A stretch of DNA of 64,000 nucleotides from Actinomycetota bacterium (lineage in GTDB: Bacteria > Actinomycetota > Acidimicrobiia > IMCC26256 > PALSA-555), in contig PLJD01000054.1 in the NCBI GenBank assembly GCA_003140175.1, forward strand, positions 1,294 to 65,293, in the 5' to 3' direction. A program made the position numbers and the translations under genes. Under the pieces are notes generated by a model that was given only the letters and a program-made list of their open reading frames with translations, was not told the origin of the DNA and searched no databases. Positions 16,121 through 25,812 of the stretch are shown in pieces. How positions within the stretch are numbered: position 1 is the first letter of the stretch; the number at the start of each line of letters is the position of its first letter.

Positions 16121-16915
16121 TCAGCGGGCCATGAACCCACCGTCGACGACGATCGGCTGTCCTGTGATGAACGACGCCGCGTCGGAAGCGAGAAACGTGA
16201 CGACCGCTCCGACCTCCCGGGGCTCCCCCCAACGGTCCATTGGAACGCGAAGGTCTTCGCTGATCACACGTCGGCTCGTCTCGGGATCTGCGTAGAGGAA
16301 CGACGTGATCGCGGTCTTGACATAACCCGGACACACCGCGTTGACGCGGATGTTCTGTTTGGCGTAGGCGAGCGCCATGGTCCGAGTGAGGCCGACAAGC
16401 CCATGCTTGGCCGTACCGTACCCACTGCCCTCCACATTGGAACTCACTGAGCCGGTGATACCGCCGATCGATGCGATGTTGACGATCGATCCTCCGCCAG
16501 CCCGTACCATCTCATCGACCGCGTGGAGGCAGGCGTAGTACGGGCCTTTGAGGTAGAGATCGACGAAATCGTGCCACGCCTGTCCGGGGGCGCTGTGGAG
16601 GTCGCCCGCGCCGGCGGAATTCACCAGGACTTGCAGGCGACCGAACATCGCGACGGTCGCCGCGATCGCAGCGACAACGGACGGCTCGGCCGACGCGTCC
16701 ACGAATGTGAACGCCGCGGTGCCGCCCCGCCGATTGATATCGTCCGCTGCAACCTGTCCGGCCGCTTCGTCGTTGTCGGCGAGCATTACCGTCGCCCCCG
16801 CCTCGGCAAACATCTCGGCCGACGCGAGGCCGATGCCTGACGCCGCGCCGATCACGAGGGCCACCTTGTCGTCCATCCGGAACAGGCCGCGACTCGCATC
16901 CACGAGTTCGCTCAT
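16121..16915 (-). CDS. SDR-family oxidoreductase
   Basis: ATG at 16915 lies 5 nt after GGAGA. Cofactor motif GAASGIG and catalytic YGTAKHG (YxxxK) are present. Confidence 0.85.
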   Translation of the reverse strand: MSELVDASRGLFRMDDKVALVIGAASGIGLASAEMFAEAGATVMLADNDEAAGQVAADDINRRGGTAAFTFVDASAEPSVVAAIAATVAMFGRLQVLVNSAGAGDLHSAPGQAWHDFVDLYLKGPYYACLHAVDEMVRAGGGSIVNIASIGGITGSVSSNVEGSGYGTAKHGLVGLTRTMALAYAKQNIRVNAVCPGYVKTAITSFLYADPETSRRVISEDLRVPMDRWGEPREVGAVVTFLASDAASFITGQPIVVDGGFMAR

Positions 16916-16934
16916 GTGATCTCCACTCGCAGGG

Positions 16935-18119
16935 TTAGACAACGACGGGCACCTTGGAGTAGCCGCGCACAGTGCTTGTATGCAGCCTCACCGCGGCCTT
17001 GCGGTCGACTCGCAAAGCGGGAAAACGACGCATCGTCTCCTCAAGTGCGACGCGGGCTTCCATGCGAGCAAGTGCGGCGCCGATGCAGAAATGCGCGCCG
17101 GAGCCGAACGACAAGTGATGGTCGAGCGATCGGTGGATATCGAAGCGGTCGCCGTCCGCGTAGTGGCGCTCGTCACGGTTCGCTGAACCGGCGATGAGAA
17201 GCACCTTCGACCAGGCTGGGATCTCGACGCCGTAGTACTCGAGATCGCGGGTGGTCCAGCGGCCCGTCACCGGTGACGGTGCCTCGTAACGGAGAATCTC
17301 TTCGATCGCATTCGGTATCAGCGCGGCATCGGCGACCATCTCGGCTCGCTGGTCACGATGCTCGTCGAGGAGCATCGTCGCCCATCCGAGGAGCTTCGCC
17401 ACGGTCTCGGTTCCCGCGCTGACGAGCAGGTTGCCGAAATCCGCCGCTTCGTCATCAGTGAGTTGCCGTGGCGCACCATCCTCGGTGATCTCGGCTCTGG
17501 TGAGATCGGTGAGCATGTCGTCGCGGGGATCGACACGTCGCTGCTTGAGTTGACCGAGGATATAGTCCTGAATTGCGAGACGTGCCCGCATTGACACGTC
17601 ATTGATCATGCCGACGCCCGGCTCGATATGAAAGATCGTCTCGATCTTTCCGCGCAGCATCTCCTGATCCTCGAGCGGCACCCCGAGTAGCGACGAGATC
17701 ACCAGTGACGGCAGCGGCGCAGCGAAGTCCTGGACGTAGTCGAACCGACCGCTCCCCCCGACGCGGTCGAAGAATTCGTTGCAGATCTCGCGGATGCGGA
17801 CCTCGAGCTGCTCGACGCGCCTCGGCGTGAATGCCCGCGACACGAGGGCCCGGAGACGCGTGTGATCGGGCGGATCGAGAAACATCAGCTGCCCCGTCGG
17901 AAGCGGTTCGGGTTGCATGATCTCGAGCACCGTGCCGTGTCCCGAGATGAACGTCTTCGTGTCACGGTGTGCGGGCTCGACGTCGTCGAACCGACTCAGC
18001 GCCCAGAAATCGAACCTCTCGTTTCGGTACGCGGGCGCCTCGTCGCGCAGTCGCCTCCAGATGGGATGCGGGTCGGCGTCGATGTCGGCATCGAAGGGGT
18101 CCCAATACAGACCAGCCAT
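16935..18119 (-). CDS. Cytochrome P450
   Basis: Heme-binding loop FGSGAHFCIGAALARME, plus AGTETV (I-helix) and EILRYE (ExxR). The ATG at 18119 is preferred over the GTG at 18131 because of GGAGG spacing. Confidence 0.9.
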   Translation of the reverse strand: MAGLYWDPFDADIDADPHPIWRRLRDEAPAYRNERFDFWALSRFDDVEPAHRDTKTFISGHGTVLEIMQPEPLPTGQLMFLDPPDHTRLRALVSRAFTPRRVEQLEVRIREICNEFFDRVGGSGRFDYVQDFAAPLPSLVISSLLGVPLEDQEMLRGKIETIFHIEPGVGMINDVSMRARLAIQDYILGQLKQRRVDPRDDMLTDLTRAEITEDGAPRQLTDDEAADFGNLLVSAGTETVAKLLGWATMLLDEHRDQRAEMVADAALIPNAIEEILRYEAPSPVTGRWTTRDLEYYGVEIPAWSKVLLIAGSANRDERHYADGDRFDIHRSLDHHLSFGSGAHFCIGAALARMEARVALEETMRRFPALRVDRKAAVRLHTSTVRGYSKVPVVV

Positions 18120-18421
18120 TGGCTTACGCACCTCCGAGCATTGCGCTGTCGTCGGTCATGATCTCGCTGTCCGGTCGAACGCCACGCGCTCGAGAACGTC
18201 GCCGGTGGGCTTCGGGAGGTCGAGGGTGACCGTCTGTACAGCACATCACGGATCTGATCCTTTGCGACCAGGACGTCGAGCTGTCGGCGCAGCGCGTCGA
18301 GTCGCTCATCTCTTCCCGATTCCTCGCGTGCGTTCGAGTATGACACGTCTCCGTCGCCTCCAGGGCCGGACTACGCGTGGACAAGACCATTGGGACCGAG
18401 CACGAACTTCTTGGCGGCGCC

Positions 18422-18741
18422 ATGATCGAAGTCGCGGTAACCCGCGGGAGATATCGCCGTTCGGAGCAAAGCGCTCGAAGCGCACTTCCACAAGGACGTT
18501 CATTTCCACGACCGAGACGGCGAGTTCGTCGGCTACGAAGGGCTCGAGAGATTCAGCGACTCGCTCAATCTCGATTCCCGGAAGCCGGGTTCACGCTCGC
18601 CGAGCCGCCGCGGCGACGCCATCCGCGCCTACTGGCGCTTCGGTCCGCCGGCGACGCCAGCCGCCGTGTCCGGGATGGACTTCATCATCCTCTCCGAGAA
18701 CAAGGCGAGCCGCCTGTACGCCTTCGTAGAAGTCGGCGTTT
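18422..18741 (+). pseudogene. Frameshifted NTF2/SnoaL-like gene remnant
   Basis: Family-like segments (..ALEAHFHKDVHFHDRDGEFVGYEGLERFSDS.. and ..GDAIRAYWRFGPP..VSGMDFIILSENKASRLYAFVEVGV*) have no in-frame start, and the likely N-terminus (MIEVAV..) lies in another frame. Confidence 0.3.
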
Positions 18742-19109
18742 AGCAGCGTTAGGGCGCCAATCATTCCGAGTCGATTGGACCCCTTTTCTTCGTCGCCCGA
18801 CCAGCGATAGCTGGGTACTGAGCAACACGTGCGCACGGATGAAAACGCTCTCGCTGTGCGAGGGGCAGGCACAGGTCGAGTAAGGACCTGCGTCGGTGTA
18901 TCTGCCTGGTAGTAGCTGGCATCGACGCTCGGAGTTGGCTCTAGCCTAGATGTGCTCGCCTCTCGCGTACTGGGCCAGCGATGGGGGGACATGGTTTGCG
19001 ATCGGGTTGGATATCGGCGATATCGAACGGCCGAACGAGGCCCAAACCCTGCGGGGTGACCCTTATCGAGTCACCCGAAAATGAGCCACGCGCCTAGGCG
19101 GGGAATGTT

Positions 19110-19529
19110 CTAGCTGGTAGTCCTGACGAAGGACTCGCCGGGGAGTAGGCGGCAGGTGACGTGCGCTACAGCGATCAGCCGGGAGTCCTTACCGAGGTCG
19201 ACGAGTTGCACGTCGGCTACGCCAAGTGTTTCGGAGACCCGCAGGACCTTTGCGGTGGCGCGGATGGGCCCAACGCGCGCCGCCGCCAGATACTGGATTG
19301 ATGTAGATGCCGTGGCGACTGGCCGCTCCGTCGCTCGGGCGATGCAGAATGCCCCGGCGACATCGACGAGCATCGTTACGAGACCACCGTGCATCGAGCC
19401 GGCAGGACCTCGCAGATTGTCGGTCAGATCAAGCTCGACGGCGTTTCCGCCGTTCACGTCGACGTGGCGATATGAAAGTCCATCTAAGTAGGCGCACCCG
19501 AGAGTGAAATGGCCGGCGTCGATGTCCAC
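19110..19529 (-). CDS. PaaI-family hotdog-fold thioesterase
   Basis: 139 aa; GSMHGGLVTMLVDVAG is the PaaI/4HBT class II signature region. Confidence 0.8.
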   Translation of the reverse strand: MDIDAGHFTLGCAYLDGLSYRHVDVNGGNAVELDLTDNLRGPAGSMHGGLVTMLVDVAGAFCIARATERPVATASTSIQYLAAARVGPIRATAKVLRVSETLGVADVQLVDLGKDSRLIAVAHVTCRLLPGESFVRTTS

Positions 19530-20079
19530 ATGTTGACAGTAGTAAGTAACTGCTGCGTGCGCCGCATGAAGCTGGGGTCACGGCAAGTGTGCGAGTCCCT
19601 GAGCATTGGCGAGGGACATCTGCGCGGCTATGACCCGGCGGCGATGGACCCATCGAGCCGCCGCGGGACGGGTTGCGGCGGCGCTCCAAAGATCCTTTCA
19701 GCATGTTGCCCGGTTGGGTGGACTGCTGACCGCAGCTGTGGACGCACGGCGGCCCGGCATCCGGCGTCGGGCCGTTGTGCGCCGACAACGTCGGCACGCG
19801 ACTCTCGGGATGCTCGCCCCACTCATCGTCACCAAGCTGAGTTCGTGTGGGCGTCCGCGATGTCACCTCGGACTTGAGCTCCCATGCGAGGCAGCATCAT
19901 GCGGATGTCGTCAGTCCTTTCCCGACTTCTGTACCCACGATGGAACAAAGCTGACACACATTCCTGGACGCCCGCCCAGGTTGTGGGTCAGACCCAGAGA
20001 CAGTCACCTAAGATGGACGGTCATCCCGACTGCGAACGGACGCCGCTCGGGCCCAGCCTTTGCCGGCATGGAGCCGTAG

Positions 20080-20805
20080 ATGGCTAACTCCCTGGTGGCT
20101 GGCAAGATCATCCTGGTGACTGGGGCGGCCCGCTCGCTCGGTGCGCAGATCGCCGCAACGTGTCGGGATGAGGGTGCCACGGCCATAGCCACTGACATCA
20201 CCGAAGTGTCCGAGAAGCGAGTCGTACCTCACGACGTCACGAGTCCGGCCGACTGGTCCCGTGTCGTCGCCGACGTGCTCGCTGCCCATGGGCGCATCGA
20301 CGGGCTTGTTAACAACGCGGCGATCATGTACTCGGCTCGTCCCTTTCTCGAAGAGACGCCCGAGGAATTCGCGCGTCTGGTCCAGGTCAACCTGATGGGG
20401 GTGTGGCTCGGGATGCAGGAGGTGGGTCGGGCCATGTCGCAGTCTGGCGGTGGCTCTATTGTCAATATCGCCTCGACTGCTGGCATGGTCGCGCACCCCG
20501 GTCTAGCGAGTTACGGCACCAGCAAATGGGCGGTCCGCGGTTTGAGCAAGTACGGAGCATCTGAACTTGGTCCGAGCGGCATCCGGGTGAATTCCGTTCA
20601 TCCTGGGGGGATGATGGGGACAACGATGTTCCCTGGCACCGACAACCAGGCCGTCTACGAAACCGTGAGAGAGGGTCTGCCACTTCGTCGTGTGACAGAT
20701 GCGGCGGATGCCGCCAACGCCGTTGTGTGGTTGCTCTCTGACCTCTCGCGTCAAGTGACGGGACGCGAGCTAGTCATAGATGCCGGAGCCACGCTTGGCG
20801 CCTAG
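20080..20805 (+). CDS. SDR-family oxidoreductase
   Basis: VTGAARSLG cofactor motif, NNAA, and catalytic YGTSKWAVRG (YxxxK). Confidence 0.85.
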   Translation: MANSLVAGKIILVTGAARSLGAQIAATCRDEGATAIATDITEVSEKRVVPHDVTSPADWSRVVADVLAAHGRIDGLVNNAAIMYSARPFLEETPEEFARLVQVNLMGVWLGMQEVGRAMSQSGGGSIVNIASTAGMVAHPGLASYGTSKWAVRGLSKYGASELGPSGIRVNSVHPGGMMGTTMFPGTDNQAVYETVREGLPLRRVTDAADAANAVVWLLSDLSRQVTGRELVIDAGATLGA

Positions 20806-20843
20806 ACCTTCCTCGGGACGTCAGCTGCAGACGGCTTAGGCCC

Positions 20844-23207
20844 TCAGCACGCCTGCATGTCGGCCTGGATCACCGCGCCGTCGGCGACGAGTTGGTCGAT
20901 CCGGTCGTCGTCGTACCCGAGCTCCTGGAGGATGAGGCGGGTGTGCTGCCCGGGCACCAGCGGCGGTCCCTGTACGACCCCGGGGGTGTCGGCCAGGTCG
21001 AAGAGGAGACCGAACACGTCCATATTGCCGACCCGCGGTTGCTCGTAGGAGGTGACCCAGCCCTTTTCGATCAGCTCGGGGTCGTCGAACAGGCCGAGCA
21101 CGAAGTCGGGGTCGACTACCTCGCACGGGACGCCGTTGGCGTCGAGCTCCTCGAACCAGGCCGTCGCCGTCCTCGAGCGGAGATCGCTCCCGCCACTGGT
21201 GATCCGCTGGAACGACGCCAGGTGGTCGTCGGAGACGAGGGCGATGCAGAGCCAACCGTCGGCCGTCTCATGCAGGCGGTAGCGGTCGCTCCAGCCGAGC
21301 TGCTGGGCGTCGAGCCGGGGACGGTTCCCTGGCGTCCCGTCGGCATGTACCCACGCCATCGACGTGTTGAGGAGATGCGCGTAGACGATCGACGTGTCGA
21401 GGAACTGCCCTTCGCCTGTGCGGGCCCGGTGGCGGAGCGCCTGCAGGATGCCGATGGCGGATAGGTAGCCGTTTCCGGTGTCGCCGAGGGACGTGTTCGG
21501 CCAGATCGGCCGGTTCCCGGCCTCGACGCCGGCCTCGATCCACGACGCCCCGGCCAGGGCGGCCCCGGTCTGGTCGTTCCCCGGCAACAGCATGCGGGCC
21601 GGGTCGTGGCCCCGGGTGTGGCAGTAGACGAGCCGCGGGTTGAGCTGCTTGAGCGATTCGTAGTCGACGCCTAGGCGCTCCGCGGCGTCGTAGCGCATGT
21701 TGTGCTGCACAACGTCGGCGGTGCGGACGAGGGCGTGGAGCACAGACATCCCGTCGGGTCGCTTCAGGTCGATGCCGATGCTGCGCTTCCCGCGGTTGCA
21801 GCACATGGCCCAACTCATGCGCATCCAGAAGGCGTCGAACTGGGCGTTGCTGACCTTGATGACGGTGGCGCCCAGATCGGCGAGCAGCTGCGTCCCGAAC
21901 GGCCCGGCCACGGCGAGGCCCAGGTCGAGCACAACGACGCCATCGAGCGGGTGGGAGAGGTGGCGACCGGCGCTCACCGGCGTCGCGTGGGCGGCGACCC
22001 CTGCCGCCTCGGCGCGCACCTCGGCGGTTTGCTCGCCGGGCTCGGCGACCCGCCCGATCGGCGGCGCCGGCGTCTTCTCGAACTGGTAGGTGCGGCCCAC
22101 CATGCGGATGCCGTCGACCTCTACGACGCTGCCGTCCTCGAGCAGGAGCGGGTCGAGCAGCGCCTCCTCGGGGGAGCGGACCTCCTGGACCGGTACGCCG
22201 ACCCGGGCGGCCAGGCGGACCCAGTCGGCCGCCGGGAACCTGGCCACCGCCTCGACCATCTGCTCGTGGTAGGCGTGCAGGACGACCATGTCCTCGGCGA
22301 CCGGCGAGATCCGCATGGGCGCATCCCGCGGTGCGGGAAGATCGGCGTCCGTGTCCAGCGAGTCGAGGGCAGCGGCGCCGAGGATGAAGCCAGGCAGCGG
22401 GACCCAGTGATGGGTCCACCGCCCGTCGGAGGCCCGGAAGAAGCCCTTCGGCGCGCGCGGGTCGTTGATCCAGGTGTTGAAGCCGTCCCGGTCGGCGTGC
22501 TCGACGCGCTGCCAGGCGGCCACGGTAGTGGCGAGGGCGCCCTGGAGCATCGAGGTGTGGACGTGCTGGCCCCGGCCGGTGGTCTCTCTGGCGAGGAGGG
22601 CGGCGTTGATGGCGATCGAGGCGTTGTAGAAGGTGGCGACGCTGATCCAGGGGACGCCGCTGAACAGCGGACCGTGGCGGCGGGCGCCGATGAAGCACTC
22701 CTCGGGGCAGTCGTAACCGGGGAGGACCTCGGCGTCGGAGAGCCGGCCGATGGTCGTGCCGACCACCCCGCGGCTCTCGAACTGCTGGCCGGTCCGTGCC
22801 GCCACCAGGGCGTCGTAGGCGGGGCGGTTGGCGTGGCGACCGGACTCGCCGTAGCCGGTGATTGAGCAGTGCACCAGCCGGGGGTTGGCGGCGAGCAGGG
22901 TCTCGTGGTCGACCCCGAGCGCCCTGGCCACGTCGGGCCCGAAGCTCTCGATCACGACGTCGGCCCGGCCGGCCAGGGTGAGGAACACGTCGCGGTCGGC
23001 GGCGTCGTGCAGGTCGAGGGTTGCGCGCCGCTTCCCCCGGAGCCAGACCCGAGAGCCCGACGCGCCATCGAAGGGGTCGCCTTGGGGCGGCTCGATCCGC
23101 GTCACCCGGGCGCCGTGGTCGGCGAGGAGCATGCTGGTCATGGGGCCGGCGATGCTCCACGACAGGTCGAGGACCTCGAGACCCTGCAGGATCCCCCCGT
23201 CGGTCAT
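20844..23207 (-). CDS. Tandem-fused family III CoA-transferase (two CaiB/BaiF-type modules in one 787-aa chain)
   Basis: Two copies of the family III N-terminal signature: LEVLDLSWSIAGPMTSMLLADHGARVTRIE near the N-terminus and VVVLDLGLAVAGPFGTQLLADLGATVIKV near residue 410. Confidence 0.85.
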   Translation of the reverse strand: MTDGGILQGLEVLDLSWSIAGPMTSMLLADHGARVTRIEPPQGDPFDGASGSRVWLRGKRRATLDLHDAADRDVFLTLAGRADVVIESFGPDVARALGVDHETLLAANPRLVHCSITGYGESGRHANRPAYDALVAARTGQQFESRGVVGTTIGRLSDAEVLPGYDCPEECFIGARRHGPLFSGVPWISVATFYNASIAINAALLARETTGRGQHVHTSMLQGALATTVAAWQRVEHADRDGFNTWINDPRAPKGFFRASDGRWTHHWVPLPGFILGAAALDSLDTDADLPAPRDAPMRISPVAEDMVVLHAYHEQMVEAVARFPAADWVRLAARVGVPVQEVRSPEEALLDPLLLEDGSVVEVDGIRMVGRTYQFEKTPAPPIGRVAEPGEQTAEVRAEAAGVAAHATPVSAGRHLSHPLDGVVVLDLGLAVAGPFGTQLLADLGATVIKVSNAQFDAFWMRMSWAMCCNRGKRSIGIDLKRPDGMSVLHALVRTADVVQHNMRYDAAERLGVDYESLKQLNPRLVYCHTRGHDPARMLLPGNDQTGAALAGASWIEAGVEAGNRPIWPNTSLGDTGNGYLSAIGILQALRHRARTGEGQFLDTSIVYAHLLNTSMAWVHADGTPGNRPRLDAQQLGWSDRYRLHETADGWLCIALVSDDHLASFQRITSGGSDLRSRTATAWFEELDANGVPCEVVDPDFVLGLFDDPELIEKGWVTSYEQPRVGNMDVFGLLFDLADTPGVVQGPPLVPGQHTRLILQELGYDDDRIDQLVADGAVIQADMQAC

Positions 23208-23944
23208 GGCGCGCCTCTCTCGGCCGCCCCGAGATCCGAGAGCCCGGCGGCCGCTTGTGCCACCAGCTGTCCGAGCTGTTCGTAGCGCTCGGCTGGCATC
23301 CGTGCGGTCGGGACGCTGATGGTGATCGAAGCGGTCGGTCGACCACCGGCGGCGAGGACGGCGGCACCGACGGCGCTGGCTCCGGCGGCGACCTCGCCGG
23401 CGTTGATCGACCAGCCCCGTGCCCGGTCAGCAGCGAGGGTCGCCGCAAGCTCCGCCGGTGGCGCCCCGTCGAGGAACGCCGCTGCCTCGTCCGGTGGCAG
23501 GTGGCAGAGGATCGCCCGGCCCGCCGCGCTGGTGGGTACCGGCACGAGCAGCCCGACCTGGGGCGAGGTGCGCAGGAGCTGGCGGCTGATGGCCACGTCG
23601 AGGACGACGACCCGGTCGCCGTCGGGGACGTTCAGGATGATCGTCTCGTCGGTCTCGTCTTGCAGGCGCTCCAGCACGGGGCGAGCCTGCTCGACGATGT
23701 CGGCGCCGTGCTGGGCGATATGGGCCAGCACGAGGATCCGGCTGCTTGCCTGCCATCCCGACCCTTCGTCGGCCGCCGGTGTGATCCACCCCGTGGCGGC
23801 CAGAGTGGCCAGCGCCCGCTGCACTGCGCTCTTGGGCTCGCCCAGCTGGCGGGCGAGGGCGCCCAGGCCGATCGGCTGGTTGCGGATCAGGGTCTCGAAC
23901 GCGCCGAGCACGCGCGCGGCGCTCTCCACCTGCTTGACCGCCAC
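23204..23944 (-). CDS. IclR-family transcriptional regulator
   Basis: GTG at 23944 lies 7 nt after GGAGG. The HTH is LGALARQLGEPKSAVQRALATLAATGWI, followed by a C-terminal IclR effector-domain-like region. There is a 4-nt overlap with the CoA-transferase gene. Confidence 0.8.
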   Translation of the reverse strand: MAVKQVESAARVLGAFETLIRNQPIGLGALARQLGEPKSAVQRALATLAATGWITPAADEGSGWQASSRILVLAHIAQHGADIVEQARPVLERLQDETDETIILNVPDGDRVVVLDVAISRQLLRTSPQVGLLVPVPTSAAGRAILCHLPPDEAAAFLDGAPPAELAATLAADRARGWSINAGEVAAGASAVGAAVLAAGGRPTASITISVPTARMPAERYEQLGQLVAQAAAGLSDLGAAERGAP

Positions 23945-23962
23945 GGTGGCCCCTCCTAGGGT

Positions 23963-24001
23963 GTATCGAAATAGCACCTAGAGGGTATCGCACAACGATA
24001 C
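23963..24001. promoter_or_regulatory. Candidate operator in the IclR / UGSC-trio divergent intergenic region
   Basis: Palindrome GTATCG-cacaa-CGATAC (23985-24001) plus a third GTATCG half-site at 23963-23968, inside the 91-bp divergent region. Binding is inferred only. Confidence 0.25.
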
Positions 24002-24035
24002 AGGCGCGTGCGGCCCCCGACCGGAGGACCCGCCG

Positions 24036-24569
24036 ATGCCGCTGATTACGCTCGACCCCACCGACGAGGGAACCAGTACCGGGTTCGCGCTTGCCCCTCG
24101 CCCGGCGTCGCTTCACGGCCAGACTCTCGGCATCGTGGCCAACGGGCTCGGGCTCTCCGAGTTGTTCTTCGACGCCCTTGCCGAGCAGCTGACCAAATGG
24201 GACGGCATCGCCGCCACCGAGAAGGTCGTGAAGCCCAGCGTCGCAGTCCCGCCGTGGCCGGCGCAGTGGGAGCAGATCACCGGCAGCGCCACCGTCGCGA
24301 TTACCGGCTTCGGCGGCTGCGGTAGCTGCAGCACCCGGAGTATGCGCGACGCCCTCGATCTCGAGGTCGCCGGCATCCCCGCCGTGTGCATCGTGCACAC
24401 CGCACTTGTCCCGGCCGTGCGCGCCCTAGCGCGACTCGCCGGCGTGCCCGACTACCCCATCGTCGAGGTCGGCTACCCGCTGAACCCGACGGCGATGTGG
24501 ACCCACGACGAGGCCAACGAGCTGGCCGGCCAGGTCCTCGACGGCGTGCGCGCCCGGCTCACCGCATGA
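24036..24569 (+). CDS. UGSC-family (seleno)protein homologue, Cys version
   Basis: ITGFGGCGSCSTRS carries CGSC where the selenoprotein members of the family have UGSC. 177 aa. Confidence 0.5.
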   Translation: MPLITLDPTDEGTSTGFALAPRPASLHGQTLGIVANGLGLSELFFDALAEQLTKWDGIAATEKVVKPSVAVPPWPAQWEQITGSATVAITGFGGCGSCSTRSMRDALDLEVAGIPAVCIVHTALVPAVRALARLAGVPDYPIVEVGYPLNPTAMWTHDEANELAGQVLDGVRARLTA

Positions 24570-25555
24570 CGCTGGCGTCGACCACGCTCACCCACGACGA
24601 CCACATCGAGGCGATCGAGGCCTACCACGGCCTGGGTTGGACCGACGGCCTGCCGGTGATCCCGCCGACGCCGGAGGCCGTCGAGGCCATGCTCGTCGCC
24701 GGCGGCGTCGACGGCTCGGAGGTGCTCGGAACCGTCCCGACCCGCCAAGTCACGGTGACGGCCGAGAAGGCGGGTGTCAACGCCGTGATGGCCGGATGCC
24801 TGCCGGAGCACTTCCCGGTCGTGCTGGCTGCCGTCCGCGCCCTCCTCCAGCCGCTCGCCAACCCGCATTCGACGACCGCGACCCTCGCCGGGTCGTCGCA
24901 CGCCGTCATCGTCAACGGGCCCGCGCGCGACCGGCTCGGTATCTTCGGGGGCCAGGCTTGCCTCGGACCCGGGTTCCGGGCCAACGCCAGCATCGGCCGG
25001 GCCCTGCGTCTAGTCATCCGTAACGTGTTGCGCACCGTGCCCGGCGGCCTCGATCGGGCGACCTTCAGCTCGCCGCTGCGCTACTCCTTCTGCTTCGCCG
25101 AGAACGAGCAGTTCAGCGACTGGACGCCACTGCACGTCCAGCTCGGATACCAGCGTGACGACAGCGTGGTGACGGTCCAATCGGTCATGCGGCTGTTGCC
25201 CTTCATCGAGTTCGCGACCGAGCCCGAGGGGATCGTGGAGTCGCTCTCCGACATCGCCCGTACCAACGGCATGGGACGCGACGAATTCGTCGGCGACGCC
25301 CGGAGCGTCGTTGTGCTCATCGGCCAGGAGCACCAGCTCCGGATGCTCGACAGCGGGTGGACCAAGGAAGCCGTGCAGGCGGCGCTGTGGGAGCAGATGA
25401 CCCAGCCCACCCGCGGCAAGATCGACAAGCAGCTCGTGCTGGCCCATCCGGCGAACGTGCTGGTCGTGGCGGCCGGTGGCCCCGGGCTGGCCGAGTCGTG
25501 TGTCATCACCCCTCATCTGAGCGCGCCGACCCATGAGCGGGTCGTCTTCCCGTGA
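24566..25555 (+). CDS. Conserved hypothetical protein, translationally coupled to the UGSC-family gene
   Basis: ATGA overlap at 24566-24569; 329 aa (MTLASTTLTHDDHIEAIEAYHGLGWTDGLPVIPPT..). I do not recognise a named family. Confidence 0.5.
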   Translation: MTLASTTLTHDDHIEAIEAYHGLGWTDGLPVIPPTPEAVEAMLVAGGVDGSEVLGTVPTRQVTVTAEKAGVNAVMAGCLPEHFPVVLAAVRALLQPLANPHSTTATLAGSSHAVIVNGPARDRLGIFGGQACLGPGFRANASIGRALRLVIRNVLRTVPGGLDRATFSSPLRYSFCFAENEQFSDWTPLHVQLGYQRDDSVVTVQSVMRLLPFIEFATEPEGIVESLSDIARTNGMGRDEFVGDARSVVVLIGQEHQLRMLDSGWTKEAVQAALWEQMTQPTRGKIDKQLVLAHPANVLVVAAGGPGLAESCVITPHLSAPTHERVVFP

Positions 25556-25812
25556 GCATGGTCGCCCCGGTCGTCGAGGAGCTCAACGAGATCGTGCGCC
25601 TCGACGGCGCCGAACTCGTCGTGCGGGCGGAGTCGCTCACCAGCGTTCTACTCGAGCTCGACCTCTCGCGCTCGGAGTGCCCGGAGTGCGTGGTCCCCAA
25701 GGACCTGATTGTCGAGCTCATCCGATCGAAGTTGGCCACGGCCGCGCCGGACGTCAGCACCGTCAAGCTGATCGACCCACGCGAGGACGAGGGAGCGCCC
25801 CAACAGCACTAA
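25552..25812 (+). CDS. NifU-C-terminal-like small protein
   Basis: GTGA overlap at 25552-25555. ..LELDLSRSECPECVVPKDLI.. has the CxxC spacing seen in NifU-like domains. Confidence 0.5.
   Translation: MSMVAPVVEELNEIVRLDGAELVVRAESLTSVLLELDLSRSECPECVVPKDLIVELIRSKLATAAPDVSTVKLIDPREDEGAPQQH

Noticed and set aside
21268-23448. 726-aa minus-strand ORF overlapping the CoA-transferase and IclR genes in another frame
   Set aside because: The sequence is extremely Arg/Pro-rich and low-complexity. The alternative frame (20844-23207) has two clear family III CoA-transferase signatures.
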